Positions 11,240 to 19,899 are shown, numbered from the stretch's first letter. The stretch is 32,000 nt of DNA from Synechocystis sp. PCC 6803 substr. PCC-P (GCF_000284455.1 NC_017039.1:690001-722000), one strand, 5' to 3'. Translations and numbers: made by a program. The notes: a model not told the origin generated them from the sequence alone.

Positions 11240-11452
11240 CTACAGGCTATTTAACCAACCAATGACGCCGTGCCCTGTGACCACTTCCATAATAAGGAGG
11301 GAGGCAAAACCAATCATGGCGAAACGACCATTCATTTTTTCGGCGTATTTAGTCCAACCCGCTTGTACGGAAGAGTCGACGTAAACCTCTGGTTCGATGG
11401 CAAAGTTGTTGAGACGGTTGTCCTGATCCAAGCGGAAGCCACGGGTGGTCAT
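11240..11452 (-). CDS. High-light-inducible protein (small CAB-like protein, HliA/HliB type)
   Basis: 70 aa [70 protein letters not shown], with the ExxNGRxAMIGF chlorophyll-binding helix. Confidence 0.93.
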
Positions 11453-11479
11453 AATTGGATTACTCCTAGTAAAAGTCTA

Positions 11480-11495
11480 TGTTAACTATTGTAAC
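11480..11495 (-). promoter_or_regulatory. HLR1-like element (candidate RpaB site) in the hli/CBCR divergent intergenic region
   Basis: Minus strand GTTACAATAGTTAACA resembles (G/T)TTACA(T/A)(T/A)NN(G/T)TTACA with one mismatch. Confidence 0.4.
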
Positions 11496-11516
11496 ACTTT
11501 TTTAAGGAATGTAACA

Positions 11517-14369
11517 ATGTCCCCTTCTTCCCATGGCACCGCAGTCCAACAGGCGATCGCCGATCAACTGTTGGAAATGATTCTCCAGTCCCAGGATTTA
11601 CATAATGCTTATCGACTGGTGGTGGAAGGATTACAGCGGGGTTTGGGGGTAGACCGGGTGTTGTTGGTGCAAAATGCAGTGTTCCCGAACCGTCAATCCC
11701 GCCTTGTGGCCCAGGCCATCGCTCCGGCCAGGGATATTATGCTTTTGGATGAACCCTGTGCCGATTGTCGTTGGCTCCATCTGCTGGGGCAGCTTCCCCA
11801 CTACGGGCTGTGGACAGTGTGGGAGGGGGAAGGTGAATTTGTCCAACTAGATCCGGTCCAGGGGGAATTTTGTCGAACTTTGGGGATTAAAAGTCTATTG
11901 CATTTGCCCTTGGTGATTAACCAGCGTCATTGGGGAGTTCTCAGTCTCCAATATCTCCACCAAGCCCGGCCCTGGCCCCTGGAGGATCAACAATTTGCCC
12001 AGCGCATTGCCCATCTATTCTGTTTGGGTTTGATGAAAACGGAGCTTTGGATTCATTGTCAGAACCATAAAAATGCGTTGCAGACTGTGGTGGCCGAGGG
12101 CCAGGTCCAAAGGGAAACCTACCTTAAATCCGCCCAACGGGAACGGGCCATTGCTGATGTTATCGATAAAATTCGCTTTGCCCTTGATCTACGCTCCCTC
12201 TTTCAAACTACGGTGACGGAGGTGCGGAAATTGTTGGTAGCAGACCGGGTAATGATTATTAAAGTTAGGCAGAATAAAAATTTTTCCTGGGGGGAAATTC
12301 AGGCGGAAGCCCAAACGGACGACAAGCTATGCCTCTTGCCTCCAAAGGAAAGAGTGCCTTTGTCATCGCGATGGATTGATCATTTTGCCAAGGGATTGAT
12401 TTTAGCCATGGATGACACCGACGATCAAAGGGCGGATTTCGATCAATCAATGTTGGCACTAGCCAAGGCTAATTTGGTGGTGCCCCTCTTTTCTGGCGAT
12501 CGCCTCTGGGGGGTATTGTCGGTGCATCAGTGTGATGGGCCCCGGGTGTGGGAAAGTTCGGACATCGAGTTTGCCCTCAAAATTGCCCTCAACTTAGGGG
12601 TGGCGTTACAACAGGCAGAATTATTGACCGAGTCCCAACGGCGATCGACCGCTCTCCAAAGTGCCCTGGGGGAAGTGGAAGCCCAAAAGGATTATCTCGC
12701 CCGCATTGCGGAGGAAGAACGGGCCCTCACTAGGGTGATTGAAGGCATTCGCCAAACGTTGGAGTTACAGAATATTTTTCGGGCCACCAGTGATGAGGTG
12801 CGTCATTTGCTCAGTTGTGACCGGGTGTTGGTCTATCGCTTTAATCCGGACTGGAGCGGGGAATTTATCCATGAGTCGGTGGCCCAAATGTGGGAACCAC
12901 TGAAAGACTTGCAAAATAATTTCCCCCTCTGGCAAGACACCTATCTCCAGGAAAATGAGGGGGGTCGTTACCGCAACCATGAGAGTTTGGCGGTGGGGGA
13001 CGTGGAAACAGCCGGTTTTACCGATTGCCATTTGGACAATTTGCGCCGGTTTGAAATTCGTGCCTTTTTAACTGTGCCAGTGTTTGTGGGGGAACAACTC
13101 TGGGGCCTGTTGGGGGCCTATCAAAATGGGGCTCCCCGCCATTGGCAAGCGAGGGAAATCCATTTGCTCCATCAAATTGCCAATCAGTTGGGCGTAGCAG
13201 TGTACCAAGCCCAGTTGCTGGCCCGCTTCCAAGAGCAGTCTAAAACCATGGAAAATACTCTGGCTGATCTGACGGCGATCGTTGATAACCTGGCCGATGG
13301 TCTATTGGTGATTGATCTATTTGGTCGCATTACCCGCTACAATCCGGCCCTGTTGGCCATGTTTGATCTGGAGGGCCTAGAACTATTGGGCGCGGGGGTG
13401 GATGCCTATTTCCCCGAGACTTTGAATCAGTTGTTAGCTAAACCGGAAAGGGAAGAGCAAAAACTGGTCACCGCTGATGTGGAATTAAGTCAGGGCCGCC
13501 AAGGACAAGCTTTGATCACTAGCATTACTTCCCATGAAAATGGCTGCGAATATCCCCAATGCCTGGGGGCGGTGATTATGATCCGGGATGTGACCCACGA
13601 GCGGGAAGTGGAGCGGATGAAAACGGATTTCTTGGCCACGGTGTCCCATGAATTACGTACTCCCCTCACTTCTATTTTGGGTTTTGCCACGGTAATTCAG
13701 GATAAATTAAACCGAGTGATTATCCCGGAGTTGGATTTGGCCCAGCCCCACCTTGGCAAGGCTACGGAACGGGTGATGCGGAATTTGGCCATCATTGAGT
13801 CGGAGGCCCAGCGCCTAACTGTTTTGATCAATGATGTGCTAGATATTGCCAAAATGGAAGCAGGACAGGAATCCTGGCAGGAACAACCCTGTGCCATTGG
13901 CCCCATTATTGAACGGGCGATCGCCACCATTACTCCCCAGGCTCAGAAGAAAAATATTAGTTTGCAAGGGGATTTGGAACCGGGTTTGCCTGATTTTATC
14001 GGAGACGAAAACCGGATTTTGCAGGTGGTGCTTAATTTACTCTCCAATGCGGTCAAATTCACCCCTAAGGGTTTAATCACTGCCCGTAGCCACTTTCACC
14101 AAAATTATCTCTGGGTAGAAATTATTGACCATGGCCCCGGTATCCATCCAGCGGACCAGGAGAAAATTTTCGAGCCGTTCCAACAGGGAGGGGGAGATGT
14201 GCTCACTGATAAACCCCAGGGTACGGGGTTAGGATTGCCCATTTGCAAAAAAATTGTTGAACACCACGGCGGTACCATTGGCGTTAATAGTAGTCTGGGT
14301 CGGGGTAGTACTTTCTATTTTTCCTTGCCTGTCCCAGTTCCTGCGGTGGAAACTTCCCCTGCTGTCTGA
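11517..14369 (+). CDS. Cyanobacteriochrome hybrid sensor: GAF-GAF-GAF-PAS-histidine kinase (Slr1393-like red/green CBCR)
   Basis: ORF track starts at 11445 (974 aa); ATG at 11517 would avoid overlap with the hli start. Third GAF carries FTDCHLDNLRRFEIRAFLTVPV; HisKA SHELRTPLTSILGF; HATPase NLLSNAVKFTPKG, GTGLGLPICKKIVEHHGG. Confidence 0.9.
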   Translation: MSPSSHGTAVQQAIADQLLEMILQSQDLHNAYRLVVEGLQRGLGVDRVLLVQNAVFPNRQSRLVAQAIAPARDIMLLDEPCADCRWLHLLGQLPHYGLWTVWEGEGEFVQLDPVQGEFCRTLGIKSLLHLPLVINQRHWGVLSLQYLHQARPWPLEDQQFAQRIAHLFCLGLMKTELWIHCQNHKNALQTVVAEGQVQRETYLKSAQRERAIADVIDKIRFALDLRSLFQTTVTEVRKLLVADRVMIIKVRQNKNFSWGEIQAEAQTDDKLCLLPPKERVPLSSRWIDHFAKGLILAMDDTDDQRADFDQSMLALAKANLVVPLFSGDRLWGVLSVHQCDGPRVWESSDIEFALKIALNLGVALQQAELLTESQRRSTALQSALGEVEAQKDYLARIAEEERALTRVIEGIRQTLELQNIFRATSDEVRHLLSCDRVLVYRFNPDWSGEFIHESVAQMWEPLKDLQNNFPLWQDTYLQENEGGRYRNHESLAVGDVETAGFTDCHLDNLRRFEIRAFLTVPVFVGEQLWGLLGAYQNGAPRHWQAREIHLLHQIANQLGVAVYQAQLLARFQEQSKTMENTLADLTAIVDNLADGLLVIDLFGRITRYNPALLAMFDLEGLELLGAGVDAYFPETLNQLLAKPEREEQKLVTADVELSQGRQGQALITSITSHENGCEYPQCLGAVIMIRDVTHEREVERMKTDFLATVSHELRTPLTSILGFATVIQDKLNRVIIPELDLAQPHLGKATERVMRNLAIIESEAQRLTVLINDVLDIAKMEAGQESWQEQPCAIGPIIERAIATITPQAQKKNISLQGDLEPGLPDFIGDENRILQVVLNLLSNAVKFTPKGLITARSHFHQNYLWVEIIDHGPGIHPADQEKIFEPFQQGGGDVLTDKPQGTGLGLPICKKIVEHHGGTIGVNSSLGRGSTFYFSLPVPVPAVETSPAV

Positions 14370-14491
14370 AGTGGTAATCAGGTTATTTTTCCTTTGGTGC
14401 CCCTGGCCAACAACGGCGATCGCCTACGTTTAAGGTATGGTTGATCATGGTAGTCTAGCGAAGCCCGGCCTTCTTCCAGCCCGCATTACCT

Positions 14492-14947
14492 ATGCAAGAT
14501 TTTGGCGCAGTGTTCCACAACCAAGTGCTTTTGATTTCCCTGGCGGCCTGCTTCCTGGCCCAGGGCATCAAGGCGATCGTGGAAATTTTCCGCAACGGTA
14601 AAATCAATCTCCGTTCCCTCGTTTCCACCGGAGGAATGCCTAGTGCCCATTCTGCCTTAGTGGGGGCCTTGGCCACCGGGGTCGGTTTGCAAAAAGGCTG
14701 GGGCAGTAATGAATTTGCCATTGCTTGTTTATTTGCCGTCATTGTTATGTACGATGCGGCAGGAGTGAGACAGGCTGCCGGTAAACAGGCCCGTATCCTC
14801 AATCAGTTAATTGATGAACTTTTCCAGGAAGATCAAAGCTTGACGGAAGAACGGCTCAAAGAACTGCTGGGCCACACTCCAGTGCAGGTTTTTGCTGGTT
14901 TAGCATTGGGCATTGCCATCGCTTTCTTTGCCGTGCCAGCCCAGTGA
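14492..14947 (+). CDS. Divergent PAP2 family / DUF212 membrane protein
   Basis: 151 aa; NGKINLRSLVSTGGMPSAHSALVGALATGVG ... VMYDAAGVRQAAGKQA ... LGHTPVQVFAGLALGIAIAFF. Confidence 0.85.
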   Translation: MQDFGAVFHNQVLLISLAACFLAQGIKAIVEIFRNGKINLRSLVSTGGMPSAHSALVGALATGVGLQKGWGSNEFAIACLFAVIVMYDAAGVRQAAGKQARILNQLIDELFQEDQSLTEERLKELLGHTPVQVFAGLALGIAIAFFAVPAQ

Positions 14948-14971
14948 ACGGGAAATTAGGAGAGTAAATGA

Positions 14972-15166
14972 ATGGAAATTGTCCTTTTCCTAGCCACTAT
15001 TTTAATTATTGGTTTAGTACTAAGATGGTTTTTTAACGTAACAGCGGCAACCCTAAAAAATGGGGCTATTATCGCTATTATTTTGGTGGTGCTTTACGTC
15101 GGTTTTAAAATTACTCCCGCTGAAGTGTGGGAACAGGTGCAACAAATTTTCCAGGGCAAACGTTAA
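14972..15166 (+). CDS. Small hypothetical membrane protein
   Basis: 64 aa with two hydrophobic segments; directly downstream of the DUF212 gene. Confidence 0.6.
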   Translation: MEIVLFLATILIIGLVLRWFFNVTAATLKNGAIIAIILVVLYVGFKITPAEVWEQVQQIFQGKR

Positions 15167-15341
15167 AACTTAAATTGTTCGATCTAGGATGCTGTTGATA
15201 AAATTTTGCTTCACCGTCTTTATTTGAAAAGGTTGACAGTATTTTTAAAACCATTCTGGGCATCTGTTTAAAAAGCTTTATTTTGCTTCCTAAATCGACC
15301 TACTAAAGCTCTGGCAATACTGGGGGACGTTGCCTCTGTTT

Positions 15342-15359
15342 CCCCCCAAATTTGGGGGG
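15342..15359. repeat. Perfect 18-nt palindrome in a convergent intergenic region
   Basis: CCCCCCAAATTTGGGGGG, between the 3' end of the small membrane ORF and the 3' end of the TetR gene. Confidence 0.8.
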
Positions 15360-15408
15360 TCAGGGGGGCTTTTAAGACAATTTCTAAGGTTTTCCACTGG
15401 TTGATGAA

Positions 15409-16119
15409 TCACATTTTTTCTCCTTTAGCTAACACTCCGTTAAGAAAAATATCTGCTAAACCTTCCGCCATTTCTTGCAAAGCCTGGGGGGAAGCGTGGG
15501 GGTCAATCACCGTTTGTTCGGAAAAACCAGCCACCGCAAACATACCCAAAAAAACCTGGGCGACAATTTTGGGATTCATTCGCCGGTAAATGCCTCGGTC
15601 CATGGCGGTTTGGAAAAAGGCTTCCGCCACATCGGTCATTTTGTCGATAATTTCCGACTGGATTTTTTCCCGTAGCTCCGGGTGATATTGGGCTTCCACA
15701 AAGCACACTTGCAATAGATATTTGTTTTCCCGCAAATGGAACATCCGCCGTTTCATCACCTGGGCGATCGCCTTGTAACTGCCCATCTCGCTTAATTCAG
15801 TCAATAAATCGGTGAGAATTTCCACCCAGCCGGCGGTGGCCACTTCCACCAAAATGGCCTTCTTATTGGTGAAATAACGGAATAGCGTTCCTTCGGCCAC
15901 GTTGGCTGCCTGGGCCAAATCCTTTGTGGTAGTACCTTCGTAACCCTTAGTGCCAAATAATTTCAAAGCTCCCTTCAAAATGCGATCATGGGTGGAAGCT
16001 TCGGCCGGATTGGTAAAGGTCGATGGGGCGATTGAATACTTGTTGCTCTGCACGGACTTTACCTCTAAATTCACCGAGCTATTACTGTTATTGTGCGGGA
16101 AAAATCCCGATCGCCTCAC
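15409..16119 (-). CDS. TetR/AcrR family transcriptional regulator
   Basis: 236 aa ORF, start probably internal; HTH ILKGALKLFGTKGYEGTTTKDLAQAANVAEGTLFRYFTNKKAILVEV. Confidence 0.9.
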   Translation of the reverse strand: MRRSGFFPHNNSNSSVNLEVKSVQSNKYSIAPSTFTNPAEASTHDRILKGALKLFGTKGYEGTTTKDLAQAANVAEGTLFRYFTNKKAILVEVATAGWVEILTDLLTELSEMGSYKAIAQVMKRRMFHLRENKYLLQVCFVEAQYHPELREKIQSEIIDKMTDVAEAFFQTAMDRGIYRRMNPKIVAQVFLGMFAVAGFSEQTVIDPHASPQALQEMAEGLADIFLNGVLAKGEKM

Positions 16120-16156
16120 TGGTCAACAGAAATCTTCATAATTCCGAGCTTTTTCC

Positions 16157-17233
16157 ATGAAACGTCCCACCCTCTACTGTGCAATTACCGGCCATGGTTT
16201 TGGCCATGCGGTGCGGACTGCTTGCATTGCCCGCCGGGTCCAGGAACTTTGCCCTGATGCGTTGATAATCATGGCTACCCGTAGCCCCCGTTGGTTGCTG
16301 GAGTGTTATTTGGAAAAACCCTTTATTCACCGCCCAGTGGCTTTTGATGTTGGCGTGGTACAGGCAGATAGTTTACAGATGGATGAAAAGGCGACCCTGC
16401 AAGCTTTACAGGATATTTACAAGCGGGAAAATGCCCTGGTGGCCACGGAGTCTAACTATTTACGGAACAATCGGGTGGATCTAGTGCTGGCGGACATTCC
16501 GGCCCTGGCAGTGGCGATCGCCCATCGAGCAAATATTCCCTGTTGGATGAGTAGTAATTTCGGTTGGAATTTTATCTATCGAGATTTTAGTGATCAATTT
16601 GGGGTAGTGATTGAGAAAATTGAACGGGATTATCGCCAATGTGATTTATTATTCCGGTTGCCCTTATCGGAACCGATGGAAATTTTCCCCTATCAAATCC
16701 AAGCTGGCTTACTGGGGGGCGGTCCTCAATATGGGGAGCAGAGTTTAAGAAATACCTTTGCCATTAAAACTGCTAAGGAAAAAACTATTTTGCTCACCTT
16801 TGGGGGTTTAGGTTTAGAGGCTATTCCCTACCAAGTATTAACTCAATTTCCCGACCATCAATTTATTACCTTTGACATCCAAGCTCCTAAGTTAGATAAC
16901 CTGACCATTATCAATGATAAAACCTATCGCCCGGTGGATTTAATGCCCCTTTGCGGACGGGTATTTTCCAAGCCTGGTTTTGGTACCTTTGCTGAAGCGT
17001 TAAAGTTAGAAGTCCCGATTATTTCCCTCACCAGGGATGGTTTTGCGGAAGCGCAAGTTTTACTGGCAGGTTTGCAGAACTACGGAGAGCACCAAATTGT
17101 GCCCCACCAGCAATTTTTCGCCGGCAACTGGGATTTTTTGTTGGAAAGCCCCCAAAAACCTAGGTTGGATCAGAAGTTAGACAAACATGGCGATCGCCAG
17201 ATAGCAGAAAAAATCGTCGCCCAAATTAGTTGA
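16157..17233 (+). CDS. Glycosyltransferase-like protein (Slr1395-like)
   Basis: 358 aa; CAITGHGFGHAVRTACIARRVQELCPDALIIMATRSPRWL ... KPGFGTFAEALKLEVPIISLTRDGFAEAQ, GT-B-like. Confidence 0.75.
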   Translation: MKRPTLYCAITGHGFGHAVRTACIARRVQELCPDALIIMATRSPRWLLECYLEKPFIHRPVAFDVGVVQADSLQMDEKATLQALQDIYKRENALVATESNYLRNNRVDLVLADIPALAVAIAHRANIPCWMSSNFGWNFIYRDFSDQFGVVIEKIERDYRQCDLLFRLPLSEPMEIFPYQIQAGLLGGGPQYGEQSLRNTFAIKTAKEKTILLTFGGLGLEAIPYQVLTQFPDHQFITFDIQAPKLDNLTIINDKTYRPVDLMPLCGRVFSKPGFGTFAEALKLEVPIISLTRDGFAEAQVLLAGLQNYGEHQIVPHQQFFAGNWDFLLESPQKPRLDQKLDKHGDRQIAEKIVAQIS

Positions 17234-17363
17234 TTTTGTCCCCCAACTCGGAAAAAGTCAGGGGATTTTGGTAAACCATAAACCTGGGGTTAACCTCTGG
17301 GAAGCCGTTCATGGTTGTTCATGCCGTATGCTTTTACGATCTAAATGCTATCTGACACCTCCG

Positions 17364-17392
17364 TTGACTTAATAAAACTTAATCCAAATAAT
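17364..17392 (+). promoter_or_regulatory. Sigma70-like promoter reading into the cassette array
   Basis: TTGACT (17364-17369), 17-nt spacer, AATAAT (17387-17392). Confidence 0.45.
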
Positions 17393-17538
17393 TTGACTTA
17401 GTGGTTCTTTTCAGGCATTCTCTCAGCATTAGAAGGCTGAGTATGGGTTTTAATGCTGTTTATCCTTACAAGTTAAGTGATAAATGTGCATTAAGGATTC
17501 CCATTGCAGTCTAATTACTGGTTAGCTGCAAATAAAAA

Positions 17539-18156
17539 ATGAAAAAACCAGATATTGATGTGTATTGCAATGTAATGGAAGAAATCAAGCGACGAACAGG
17601 CGTTATCGATTTTTTTCTATCTGGTAATGGTCACGCTTTATGTGAACCTACAACACTGGAATCAATTGCGCTGCAAATCAGGAAAATCCTAGAGCTAATA
17701 GCTATGGCGTCACTTGTAGCAAACGAAAAAGAATACAAAAAGGTATATTCCAATTTTGCCAGCGCATGGAATGCAGAATATTTACTAAAAGACTTAGGCA
17801 GAATTAATCCTGATTTTTACCCTAAACCAGTCGTAGAGAAACTTTCTGATGACCCTAAAGTAAAAAATCGCCTAGCAGATCGTGACGAAGACTATCTAAC
17901 CAAAAATGAATTTATAAAAGTTTACAAGAAATGTGGCGCAATCATGCATGCGAGCAATCCGATGGGTCGCAAAATAGGCTATGAATACTACAAAAAGAAC
18001 ATTCCAGAATGGAGACAGAAGATAATAAACCTCCTAAACAACCACCAAATTAAGTTATTTAATCACTCTGGCTTTTATCTAATTCATATGAAAGAAGATC
18101 GTGATGATAAGGTACATTTTTATGAATTCGACCTTGTGCAAACCACAAGCAGCTAA
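17539..18156 (+). CDS. Hypothetical protein, cassette 1
   Basis: 205 aa ORF; ATG 18 nt after the GTTAGCT boundary; stop codon lies inside the following attC-like element. Confidence 0.75.
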   Translation: MKKPDIDVYCNVMEEIKRRTGVIDFFLSGNGHALCEPTTLESIALQIRKILELIAMASLVANEKEYKKVYSNFASAWNAEYLLKDLGRINPDFYPKPVVEKLSDDPKVKNRLADRDEDYLTKNEFIKVYKKCGAIMHASNPMGRKIGYEYYKKNIPEWRQKIINLLNNHQIKLFNHSGFYLIHMKEDRDDKVHFYEFDLVQTTSS

Positions 18157-18222
18157 CAAAACGCTCGTTCGAGCGCAAACTACAATGCGCTTCGTTTGCG
18201 CTGCACAGCTTCAACGTTCGGC
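18152..18222 (+). repeat. attC-like recombination site 1
   Basis: GCTAAC...GTTCGGC ends; inner stem AGCGCAAAC / GTTTGCGCT (9 bp); 5-nt spacers between the AAC/GTT ends and the next paired GCT/AGC. Confidence 0.6.
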
Positions 18223-18290
18223 GGGCTTGCTTGCCAGCACTCTTTTCATTAAAATAGTATAGCAGTCTGTATTATCGGCATTCAACTCTG

Positions 18291-18914
18291 ATGGATAATC
18301 TAACCGACTTTGCATTCAAGCTCGGGAAGGTCGTTTACAAAGTTATTCGCGATGTCGAGGCATCAAAAGATGATTCGACCAAGCTCATCCAAGACCTTGG
18401 CGGCTTAAGCGGTGAAAAGATACTACTTCAGAAAATCGCCAAGTTTTGGAATCAGCAAGACCGCTGGGATAGACCCGATGGCCTCGTCATAGTAACTAGT
18501 CACAGACTTGTCTTTTTAGCTAAAATGAAGACGGTCGCATCAACAACAGATTATCTCAGCTTTCCATTGGGGTTGATTGACGAACTTGAAGCTACCACTG
18601 TATCTTGGGTCAGTCCAGCAATTGCATTTCACGTTAATTCGACGAAGTATATGTTCACATTCTTTGCCGGATCGGATGAAGTCGTTGATGCGATCCGATC
18701 GGCCAAGGTAACACTAGAATCAATATCCATTAATTCGCATTCAGATCCCTCAAGCACTGGGCGAGATATTCCTGTGCAACTCCTACCCGACATGATTCGA
18801 TTTCTATGCCCAGATTGTGAGGCTTCAGTCAGAGTTAGGCGTAAACAAGCAGGAAGGCTAGGAAAATGCCCCGAATGCGGTGGTGTTTCACGGATCCCAA
18901 TCGATGGAAGATAG
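18291..18914 (+). CDS. Hypothetical protein with C-terminal zinc ribbon, cassette 2
   Basis: 207 aa; LCPDCEASVRVRRKQAGRLGKCPECGG; PH/GRAM-like region DGLVIVTSHRLVFLAK. Confidence 0.7.
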   Translation: MDNLTDFAFKLGKVVYKVIRDVEASKDDSTKLIQDLGGLSGEKILLQKIAKFWNQQDRWDRPDGLVIVTSHRLVFLAKMKTVASTTDYLSFPLGLIDELEATTVSWVSPAIAFHVNSTKYMFTFFAGSDEVVDAIRSAKVTLESISINSHSDPSSTGRDIPVQLLPDMIRFLCPDCEASVRVRRKQAGRLGKCPECGGVSRIPIDGR

Positions 18915-18955
18915 AATGCCTTAGTCAACTTAAAGACATCCCAGATTGTTAGAAA

Positions 18956-19127
18956 GTCTAACCACCCAATGAGAACTAGGCGAAGGTTTTGTCAAGTCCT
19001 GAAGATGCCGTTCACCAGATCTATCTCATCATTGCTGCCGAACAAGCCCCTTGAGTGGACAGTCCGCCACCGGTCTTTTGCATTACAATTTTAGGGTTAC
19101 CACCTGCCCCTAGGGCCAGCGTTAGCA
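18956..19127 (+). repeat. Possible long or degenerate attC-like site 2
   Basis: GTCTAAC (18956-18962) ... GTTAGCA (19121-19127), CTAAC/GTTAG pairing with inner CTAGG/CCTAG; about 172 bp, longer than usual. Confidence 0.35.
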
Positions 19128-19191
19128 TTCAGAAAATCCACGAGAGGTGCGTCGCCCAATACAAATTCATCCTTTAATACACATTCAAAGC

Positions 19192-19899
19192 ATGAATACT
19201 ATTGATTTTGAAAGAGTGATCAGAGCACTTATCAAAAGTGGATTTCTCTTTTCAGCTGCCGACTTCAATGAGCGCAGGCGTGCAGCTGATAAAGTAGCTA
19301 CATCTGGATTGATTGAAAAGACAAATTTTTGGTGCAACGTTGCAATAAAAGGTGCGATACCTGTTATCGAATCATCTTTCGACGTAGACATCCCTTCAAA
19401 TCAGTTCCGATTCAAGCCTTCTATGCAGGATTTCAATGTTAAAGAAGATGAATTGAGTGCAATGCTCTTAAAACTTGGGATGAATATGGATGCGGTTGCA
19501 TTTCGATATGCTTACTCCCAGCCAGTATTCGTAGGTGTGAAGTTTGCAGCATCTCTTTCGCCCGAAGCTCGAAGATCTCTTTTTGAGTCGTTTGATCGTC
19601 AGATGCTTAACTGTCTCTCCCTTACTTCTTCAATGAAAGCAGGTTTTGGAAGCGTAAAGATGTCAGTAACTGGATTCGTTTTATGGATATTTACGAATCA
19701 AAGCGGAGCAAATAATTTCAGCTCTGTGGAAAAGGAAAGCTTGAGAAAGATGCATTTTTGGGAGAAGGTTAATTCACTGTCCTGGGTCGTCGATCTTGAA
19801 ACGAACTCAATAGCTAAACACAAAGGGCTGCCAATCATTCTTGATTCAGTCTTTAATGTAAAGGCATTTGAGGATTCTCTGAAGCTTGACGAATACTAA
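19192..19899 (+). CDS. Hypothetical protein, cassette 3
   Basis: 235 aa from ATG 19192 (ORF track extends to GTG 19147); stop codon TAA overlaps the attC R-box. Confidence 0.7.
   Translation: MNTIDFERVIRALIKSGFLFSAADFNERRRAADKVATSGLIEKTNFWCNVAIKGAIPVIESSFDVDIPSNQFRFKPSMQDFNVKEDELSAMLLKLGMNMDAVAFRYAYSQPVFVGVKFAASLSPEARRSLFESFDRQMLNCLSLTSSMKAGFGSVKMSVTGFVLWIFTNQSGANNFSSVEKESLRKMHFWEKVNSLSWVVDLETNSIAKHKGLPIILDSVFNVKAFEDSLKLDEY

Noticed and set aside
11190-11384. 64-aa plus-strand ORF antisense to hli
   Set aside because: Antisense to the clear Hli coding sequence; no independent evidence.
18629-18928. 99-aa minus-strand ORF within cassette 2
   Set aside because: Fully antisense to the zinc-ribbon ORF, which has the coherent domain signature.
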